Part shown: piece by piece, positions 57,721 through 64,000 of the stretch
How positions within the stretch are numbered: position 1 is the stretch's first letter
How the letters are laid out: every line of letters begins with the position of its first letter
Made by a program: the position numbers and the translations under genes
NCBI GenBank assembly: GCA_965223265.1
Contig: OZ244999.1
Coordinates: forward strand, 3,680,001-3,744,000
DNA: 64,000 bases
Source of the DNA: Planctomycetota bacterium
Lineage (GTDB): Bacteria; Planctomycetota; UBA8108; SXIK01
Direction: 5' to 3'
The notes under the pieces: model-generated
Seen by the model: only the letters and a program-made list of their open reading frames with translations
Database searches by the model: none
Told to the model about the DNA's origin: nothing

Positions 57721-57781
57721 ACATGGTCGATCGACCGCGGGAGAATCACTGTCACCTCACTATCAGGCTGCTATAATTGGC

Positions 57782-58240
57782 TCACACTTCGTCCTGCTGC
57801 ACGGCCCAGCAGTGACTCTCGTGTGTCAGTAGACTAAGCGCCTCCACCGTGGAAACCCAGATCAGCTCGTGTCCCGGCGCAGCCGTGGTCGCTGCGGAAT
57901 CGATCAGAGCCGCGCTGAAGAAGGTGCTACGCTTGTCGAAGTACGCGCCTTCGCTCTCGGCATGAACAAGCTGGCTAGCGACGCCGAGCGGCGAGATGAC
58001 CTCGGCCGTGAAGCCGCACTCCTCTCTCACTTCGCGCAGCACAGTGTCCTCAAGCGACTCGGCAGGTTCCTGGCCGCCGCCCGGAAGAAAGACTCCTTCG
58101 ACGGTCCTGACGAGAGCGACACGGTGATGCGCGTCGCGAACGACTCCGTATGCACTCGGGCGCAGCGTATACTCGTGGCCTGGCTCACGCTCACCAAACT
58201 GCGGCGGATCGCTGAAAGTTGGGGCGTTTCCTGATGACAT
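57782..58240 (-). CDS. NUDIX hydrolase
   Basis: RPSAYGVV, Nudix box LPGGGQEPAESLEDTVLREVREECG. Confidence 0.9.
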   Translation of the reverse strand: MSSGNAPTFSDPPQFGEREPGHEYTLRPSAYGVVRDAHHRVALVRTVEGVFLPGGGQEPAESLEDTVLREVREECGFTAEVISPLGVASQLVHAESEGAYFDKRSTFFSAALIDSAATTAAPGHELIWVSTVEALSLLTHESHCWAVQQDEV

Positions 58241-58372
58241 GAACTGATCGGATCTCGGTGCCCTTCAAGAGTTTCCTTGCAGCCAGCCGCGCGGCGACCA
58301 CGGCGCCCTACGGTTCGTGGACGCTGTGGTTTTGATTCAACTCGCGATCTTTCCCGTCTTCTTCAGAGACAC

Positions 58373-59056
58373 TCACCGGGTATCCCGTTGCAGCTGGTAG
58401 ACCGCCCGGATGCGGCGGACGTCTTCTTCGTACGGATCCACGAACTCGTCGACGCTCTGCAGACAGAGCTCGGCGGCAGAGCAGAAGCTTTCGCATTCCG
58501 CCCGCGTCAGCGGCCAGGGCATCTCGCCGCGGTCTTCTCCCTTTTCCCGTGCTCGACAGATCACCAGCAAGACCCCTCGCGGAGCCAAGCACGACGCCAG
58601 ACAGACGATCGCCTGGCCGCGGAGCGCTTCTGGGAGCACCTGCAGCGTGTACACTTCGACCACCAGATCAAACTTTCCAAGCCACGACGGCCTCGGCTCG
58701 AACAGGTCAGCCGCGACGTAGTCGACCTTCGATCCAGCGAATCTCCTCCGGCACCAATCGATCGCCGTCGGCGCGATGTCGAACGCCGTCGTCTCGAAGC
58801 CGGCAGTGGCGAGCGCCTCGGCGTCATCCCCGAGACCGCAGCCGACGACGAGACAGGCTCTCCCCGACTCGCCCGGAGGCTGCCCGCGCAGCCAGTCGCG
58901 TAGGTGCGGATTCGGCCGCAGGTCCGCCCACGGAATGGTCGACGCCTCCCCGCCGCTGGCGCGGTAGAAAGGCTCAAACCACCCCAGCGCGTCGCCCTGC
59001 GCCAAATACGAATTGGCAAGCTCTCGCGCCAAACGTCGCGTGTCGGGATCTTTCAT
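58373..59056 (-). CDS. Class I SAM-dependent methyltransferase (TPMT-like)
   Basis: GWFEPFY...IPWA, LVVGCGLGDDAE, AFDIAPTAI, FDLVVEVYTLQ, PWPLT. Confidence 0.87.
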   Translation of the reverse strand: MKDPDTRRLARELANSYLAQGDALGWFEPFYRASGGEASTIPWADLRPNPHLRDWLRGQPPGESGRACLVVGCGLGDDAEALATAGFETTAFDIAPTAIDWCRRRFAGSKVDYVAADLFEPRPSWLGKFDLVVEVYTLQVLPEALRGQAIVCLASCLAPRGVLLVICRAREKGEDRGEMPWPLTRAECESFCSAAELCLQSVDEFVDPYEEDVRRIRAVYQLQRDTR

Positions 59057-59154
59057 GAGACTCACCATACAATGGCTCGGACCACAATGCTTGCCGCTTC
59101 CCTGCTGCCGTCGACGTTGACTCGTCACGCTTCTGTGCGTAAAAGGAGCTCCAA

Positions 59155-59991
59155 TTGACCGCACTTCGCCACTTCGCATTTACACTCGGCATCCTCAGCG
59201 GCTGCGCGACACAGCACGGCGCCGTCGAGGTGTTTCAGTTCTTCGAGCCCATCCGCCCACCGCGTGCTGTGCAAGTGGTAGCACACCGCGGAGCTGCCGC
59301 GCGAGCACCTGAGAACACTCGCCCCTCGATTACGCACGCGATCGAGGCCGGTGTCGAGTGGGCCGAGCTCGACGTGCGCCGGACGCGCGACGGCCATCAC
59401 GTTCTCTTTCACGACCGCACGCTCGATGCGAAGACAAACGGCAAAGGTCGCCTTGAGGATCACACTCTCGCCGAGCTCAAGGAACTCGACGCCGGTTCGT
59501 GGTTCGCGCCGCGCTTCGCTGGCGAAAAGCTGCTGACGCTTGCTGAGGCGCTTCGCTTGACGAAAGGGAAAATCAATCTCAATCTCGACCTCAAGGCAGT
59601 GAATCACCGGCAGCTCGTAGAGGAGATCCACGCTGCGAAGATGGAACGCCAAGTGATCGTCTACGATAGCGTCGAAGACCTGAAGCGCTTGCAGAAGATC
59701 TCTGCAGGCAAGATCGCCATCATGGCGAAGTGGGAACCGAAGTTGGGCTTCGACGCCTGGATCGCCGAGCTCAAACCGCATTCGGTTGAAGTCGACGCGG
59801 ACGACATCACTGCAGATGTCTGTCGTCGCTTCCGCGCCAAAGGAATCATTGTCGAGGCCAAGATGCTCGGAGAGGCGTGGGATCACGCGGACTACTGGGA
59901 AGAGATGATCGTGGCGGGCGTCCAGCAGCTGCAGACGGACTTTCCCACGCAGGTCCGCGATCACATTCTCGCGCGCCGACCGACGAAGTGA
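59155..59991 (+). CDS. Glycerophosphodiester phosphodiesterase (possible lipoprotein)
   Basis: VAHRGAAARAPENT, ELDVRRTRDG, HDRTL, QTDFP; ILSG-C lipobox-like. Confidence 0.88.
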   Translation: MTALRHFAFTLGILSGCATQHGAVEVFQFFEPIRPPRAVQVVAHRGAAARAPENTRPSITHAIEAGVEWAELDVRRTRDGHHVLFHDRTLDAKTNGKGRLEDHTLAELKELDAGSWFAPRFAGEKLLTLAEALRLTKGKINLNLDLKAVNHRQLVEEIHAAKMERQVIVYDSVEDLKRLQKISAGKIAIMAKWEPKLGFDAWIAELKPHSVEVDADDITADVCRRFRAKGIIVEAKMLGEAWDHADYWEEMIVAGVQQLQTDFPTQVRDHILARRPTK

Positions 59992-60267
59992 CGCGAGGCC
60001 TTGCTTGAAAATCGAGCAGAGCACCATCGCTGCCGTGCGCGTCGTCACGATCCATGAGCAGCAGTGCCGAATTCGCCAACGTGCAGTTTCACGCCAGCAA
60101 TCGAAAGTGAACGGTGAGCGGCGGGCACGCATTATCGGCCACGCGCCTAACAGCACCCCAACGGTGGGATTTTCGGCCCTGCTTCTACGCTCAAACTGCA
60201 GCTTCCATTTCCACGCTTCATGGCGTACAAATTGGATAGCTGTTTTCGGTTACGTCAGGGCAGACGC

Positions 60268-60306
60268 GGACCGAGCGAAAGGACCGAGCGAAAGGACCGA
60301 CCGAAA
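60268..60306. repeat. Tandem repeat GGACCGA(G/C)CGAAA x3
   Basis: 13-bp units at 60268, 60281 and 60294. Confidence 0.75.
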
Positions 60307-60573
60307 GGAGCGGCATAGACGACAGCGGGTGTCGATTCGCTGTCGCTCAGATGAGAGGTGGTTGCACTCTCATCGGCGGCGGCGCGCTTAAGGAAGAATC
60401 GGAGAGAACGAATTCCATCACGTCGCCATTGAAACGTGGCGACATCAACCCGCGAGATCGCAGAGGAATCGGCACTGGCTAGGGCCCGCGTCAGGCGGTG
60501 CATATGCCCGGTCGAAACCTTACTCTTCCATGCGATTCTTCCCCGCCAGGTACCCGAGGCGAAACTGACCCGC

Positions 60574-61692
60574 ATGAAAGTCTTGATGATTCCAGATTTC
60601 TCGGCGGGGAATCCTTACCAGGTGCTCCTCAAACGTGCACTCGAGCAGCACGGGTCGGAAGTCGCCTTCGGTCAGTTCGACAGGTTCGCCGGTGCCGTTT
60701 TACGCCCAGCTCTACGCCACGGGTGGCCGAAGGTGCTCCACTTGCACTGGATCCACACCCTGATCATGGGGCGACGCCCATGGATTCGACGCGTCAAAGC
60801 CATCGAAACGATCGCCGAACTTCTGCTGGCAAGACTCCTCGGACGTAAGGTCGTCTGGACGGTTCACAACGTTACCGGACACGAGACAGACCACGCCGAC
60901 GAGCTCGAATTGACGTTCTATCGCTGGGTTGTTCGCGTCGCCAGCGGAGTCATCGTCCACACCCAACACGCCAAGGCAGCTGTGTCGACGGCCTACGGCC
61001 TAAGCCGCCGCTGCACGGACAAGATCCAAGTTGTCCCTCACGGTCACTACGCCGACTGGTACTCAAAAACCGTCTCCCGTGCGGACGCCCGCGCACAGCT
61101 CGGCCTCGCTGAAGACGAACGCGTTGTACTCATCTTCGGCGCGGTCCGCCGCTACAAGGGCATCGCCCGATTCATCGAGCGATTGGGACCGAATCGAAAG
61201 ACGCAGATTCGAATCGTTCTCGCGGGGAATCCTGGTGACGAAGAGATCGCCAAGCAGATGCATCAACTAGCGGCGAGTGAAGAGCGCGTAGTGTTGCGGC
61301 TCGGATTCATCCCTGACGATGAAGTCCAGGTACTGTTTCGCGCCGCGGACATTGTCACTCTGCCGCAGTCTAGATACTTGACTTCCGGAAGCCTGCTCCT
61401 AGCGATGTCATTCGGGTGCCCGCTCCTCCTCTACGATCATGCATTCGCTCGCGAAGTCGTGGGCGACTACGGCGCTATCTACCTTGACGAGGATTCTCAG
61501 AGCACGATCTGCGAGGAGCTCGACAAAGTGAGCGCCGCCGAGCTCGCCAGAATGGGGGAGGCCAACCTGGCAGCGATCGACAGTTTCGGTTGGGACGCCA
61601 TCGGCGCCAAGACTCTCGCGGTTTACGGCAAGAGCGTGCCCGCAGCCGTAAAGCCGAAGCGCTCTCCGCAGGAGTCGTCGTCGCCGACGTAG
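60574..61692 (+). CDS. Glycosyltransferase family 4
   Basis: GNPYQVLL, LHLHW, VWTVHN, VPHGHY, FGAVRRYKG, TSGSLLLAMSFG. Confidence 0.87.
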   Translation: MKVLMIPDFSAGNPYQVLLKRALEQHGSEVAFGQFDRFAGAVLRPALRHGWPKVLHLHWIHTLIMGRRPWIRRVKAIETIAELLLARLLGRKVVWTVHNVTGHETDHADELELTFYRWVVRVASGVIVHTQHAKAAVSTAYGLSRRCTDKIQVVPHGHYADWYSKTVSRADARAQLGLAEDERVVLIFGAVRRYKGIARFIERLGPNRKTQIRIVLAGNPGDEEIAKQMHQLAASEERVVLRLGFIPDDEVQVLFRAADIVTLPQSRYLTSGSLLLAMSFGCPLLLYDHAFAREVVGDYGAIYLDEDSQSTICEELDKVSAAELARMGEANLAAIDSFGWDAIGAKTLAVYGKSVPAAVKPKRSPQESSSPT

Positions 61693-61943
61693 GTCGGTGG
61701 TGGGGCAGGGGCGAACGTCTTTTAGACGCAAGCACGAACAGCGTGGTCGATCCTTTTGTGTGGCACCTATGAGGGGGAGGTGTGAGTTGTGGGGTGACAC
61801 TGTGAAAACTTTCTCGCTCGGCGAAGAATCTCGCTCTCGTCGCTGGGTGATTGTTGTGAAACACCAACGCAGGTGCGCGTCAGCACGAGGAACGCGATTT
61901 GCTTGTTCGTCTGCACAACTTTAAGAATGAGAGGACGGCAATC

Positions 61944-62090
61944 ATGATGCACGTTGACGAACCGAGTACGCCGCCCCAGCAAACCCCCGCCCCAGACACG
62001 GCGACAGCTCGGCTCCTCGTTGACGAGTACGAGGAGCCGAAGCTGGAGCCGCAAAACAAGGAAGAAGAAGGGGATTTCTGGTGTGACTAA
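61944..62090 (+). CDS. Putative RiPP precursor peptide (48 aa)
   Basis: SD GAGAGGA; MMHVDEPSTPPQQTPAPDTATARLLVDEYEEPKLEPQNKEEEGDFWCD contains a YxxPxL RRE-recognition motif; its stop overlaps the PqqD-like gene. Confidence 0.65.
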   Translation: MMHVDEPSTPPQQTPAPDTATARLLVDEYEEPKLEPQNKEEEGDFWCD

Positions 62091-62409
62091 CGGCGAGGCT
62101 GTGACCTATCAACTCTGCCCTAACGCCATCGTTTGGCGCCTCGAGGCGCCGGGAGTCTTGGTCTACGACATTTCCAGGGACCGCGTTTTCAATGGCAATC
62201 GCACGGCGCAGATGATTCTCGAAGGTTGTGAGAGCGAAACGCCAATCACGGAAATCGCTGCCCAACTCAGTCGCCGCTTTCAAATCCCCGTCGCGCGCGC
62301 TGACACCGACGTCTGTCGTTTCATGCAGCAGCTTGCCCGCTTCAATCTCGTTCAACCGGTGGAGCGAAGTCATGGAGCCGCTGAATGCCCCGGTCAAGGT
62401 CAGTATTGA
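62083..62409 (+). CDS. PqqD-family peptide chaperone (RiPP recognition element)
   Basis: VLVYDISRDRVFNGNRTAQMILEGCESETPITEIAAQLSRRFQIPVARADTDVCRFMQQLARFNLV is a canonical PqqD/RRE pattern. Confidence 0.85.
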   Translation: MTNGEAVTYQLCPNAIVWRLEAPGVLVYDISRDRVFNGNRTAQMILEGCESETPITEIAAQLSRRFQIPVARADTDVCRFMQQLARFNLVQPVERSHGAAECPGQGQY

Positions 62410-62740
62410 TCTGACCTACCGCTGCCCTCTCCGTTGCAGGCACCGCCGCGCCGACACTGGAATGGCTCCCAACTCCTCCGGGGACGAATTGCGACTCGAC
62501 GACATCCGTGCCGTTCTGGAGGATTTGGGACGTATGGGCGTCTTCCGGGTCGCGTTCAGCGGCGGAGAGCCTTTTCTTCGTCCCGACATTGTGAAAATTC
62601 TAGGCCATGCGGCGAACGTCGGGGTCGGGAGAGCGTTCGTCTCAACTTCCGGCATGGCGCTGGACGATCGCAAAGGGCACGCGCTTCGGTCGCTTCGGTG
62701 CGGCTCGCACGCCCGAGCCGTTTTTGCAGTCTTAGCCTAA
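62372..62740 (+). pseudogene. Truncated PqqE/MftC-like radical SAM enzyme
   Basis: APVKVSIDLTYRCPLRCRHR (third Cys of CxxxCxxC is CGC/Arg at 62444-62446), FSGGEPFLRPD, STSG; stops after 122 aa with no continuation in other frames. Confidence 0.8.
62701..62725 (+). terminator. Terminator-like hairpin at the radical SAM breakpoint
   Basis: CGGCTCG-CACGCC-CGAGCCG followed by TTTTT. Confidence 0.5.
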
Positions 62741-62864
62741 CAGCCCGTACTGTTAGGGAACCGATTCTGGAATTCAATCGAAGGGTTCTCGGCGCGAAGT
62801 CGGGTATTTTTGAGACGAACGATTCACTCCACGAGCCTCGAAACCCAGGGATACGGATCTTGCC

Positions 62865-64000
62865 ATGAAGGAACTTCTTTCGAGGGGGCAGTTCCTGTTC
62901 CCGGTCTGCTGCAGCGTCGTTCTCTCCTCTTTCGCGCCCACGATCGCGGATGACCGTGCGAGCCCACGCGGCGTCATCAGACCTTCGCTCGTCCGCCTTC
63001 AACCCGGTGAGACACGAGCCTTCAAGGTGGTGACCCTCGCCACGCGTCTGATGGCGGCGCGCTTGGTCGAAAACGTCGAGTGGTCCGTCAACCACATCGC
63101 TGGCGGTAACGACGAGATCGGTAGAATCGACGGCGCCGGGGTGTACACGGCACCAGGAAAAGTCCCAACGCCGCACGAGGTGCATATCGGCGCGAAGACG
63201 AGTGACACCGCCAACCGCTACCTCTTTGCCACCGTCCTCCTCGGCAAACCGCAACCTGCCTACAAGCTTCTGTGGAGCTGGTCCGAAGTGCCTGAGCGCG
63301 ATGGCCGTCTCGACAAGCCCCACGGCATCGCGTTGGACGTGGACGGCAATCTCCTCATCGCCGACGAGCATGCTTCGCGCGTTATTCGCTACACTCCGAG
63401 AGGCGAGTACCTCAGCGATCTCGGTGGGGGCGAAGGCAGCGAGCGTGGACAGTTCACGAACCCCCGCGAGGTCAAGATCGACGCGGAAGGACGCATCTTC
63501 GTCACCGACAGCAAGGGCGACCGTCCACGCATACAAGTTTTCAGCCGCGACGGTGAGTTCCTGCGCATTTTCGCGGCGAAGGGCACGCGACCTGGCATGA
63601 TTCTTCGCGCCCATGGGATGGCCTTCGATCAAACGCAGCGACTCTTCGTCGTCGACGTGGATAACATGCGCGTGAACGTCTACAGCCACGCGGGCGAGTT
63701 TCTCTACGACTGGGGAAAAGACGGCCCAGACGTCGGCGATTTCAACGCACCGCACGGGCTCGTGGTGGACCCAAGCGGCGACGTCTTTGTCAGCGGCTAC
63801 TACGGCCCGACGCAGAAATTCGATGCTGAAGGAAAGTTCCTCTTCGCTTTTGGCCACGGAGACCCGCCCGATGGCCCCGTCTACTTTCACTCCATGGCTG
63901 GCGACCAGTGGGGGAACGTCTATCTCGCGGTTCGCAACAAGCGTGGCTACGGTGGAGCCGTGCAAACGGATGGCGGTCAACCAGCGTTAAGCATCGTCAA
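62865..64000 (+). CDS. Secreted NHL-repeat beta-propeller protein with N-terminal Ig-like domain (3'-partial)
   Basis: Absent from the ORF track because it has no stop in the window. MKELLSRGQFLF...WSVNHIAGGNDEIGRIDGAGVYTAP...LDKPHGIALDVDGNLLIAD...GQFTNPREVKIDAEGRIFVTD...GDFNAPHGLVVD. Confidence 0.85.
   Translation, partial: MKELLSRGQFLFPVCCSVVLSSFAPTIADDRASPRGVIRPSLVRLQPGETRAFKVVTLATRLMAARLVENVEWSVNHIAGGNDEIGRIDGAGVYTAPGKVPTPHEVHIGAKTSDTANRYLFATVLLGKPQPAYKLLWSWSEVPERDGRLDKPHGIALDVDGNLLIADEHASRVIRYTPRGEYLSDLGGGEGSERGQFTNPREVKIDAEGRIFVTDSKGDRPRIQVFSRDGEFLRIFAAKGTRPGMILRAHGMAFDQTQRLFVVDVDNMRVNVYSHAGEFLYDWGKDGPDVGDFNAPHGLVVDPSGDVFVSGYYGPTQKFDAEGKFLFAFGHGDPPDGPVYFHSMAGDQWGNVYLAVRNKRGYGGAVQTDGGQPALSIV

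Noticed and set aside
59125-60156. 343-aa minus-strand ORF
   Set aside because: Antisense shadow of the glycerophosphodiester phosphodiesterase.
62556-63980. 474-aa minus-strand ORF
   Set aside because: Antisense shadow of the plus-strand NHL-repeat gene starting at 62865, which has clear repeats.

Overview
GC-rich bacterial chromosomal window (roughly 60-65% GC by eye), most likely from a Planctomycetota-like organism. That assignment is an inference from the planctomycete-type dockerin-like C-terminus, the many PQQ-like beta-propellers and hpnB. Main content, left to right: (1) a complete 6,684-bp Tn3-family transposon (1184-7867; 38-bp terminal IRs, ATATT target-site duplication) that uses a tyrosine recombinase as its resolvase and carries an ECF sigma / putative anti-sigma / membrane-anchored protein cargo; it inserted between a host stop codon and that gene's terminator. 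(2) A redoxin-MarR-thioredoxin module. (3) pdhA-pdhB-pdhC-lpdA. (4) Assorted metabolic genes: Gfo/Idh/MocA, dCMP deaminase, DegT-type aminotransferase, fused E1 alpha/beta, hisN, hpnB, DksA/TraR, rarA, FadN-like enzyme and fadA. (5) A ~16-kb co-oriented cluster of unknown product (37856-54244): PaaK-like CoA ligase, three PQQ-like beta-propellers, an EhpF-like adenylating enzyme, Fe-ADH, a CxxC-bearing GT4, SDR, hot-dog thioesterase and a LolD/MacB-type ABC system. (6) A variable tail with a compact RiPP-like cassette (48-aa precursor with YEEPKL leader and GDFWCD tail, PqqD/RRE protein, degenerate radical SAM gene) and an NHL-repeat gene running off the end. Also present are a palindromic MITE/REP-like family, several short tandem repeats and an isolated tRNA 3'-end fragment. 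No rRNA, complete tRNA or CRISPR array was seen. All family assignments come from motif recognition by eye, not database searches.
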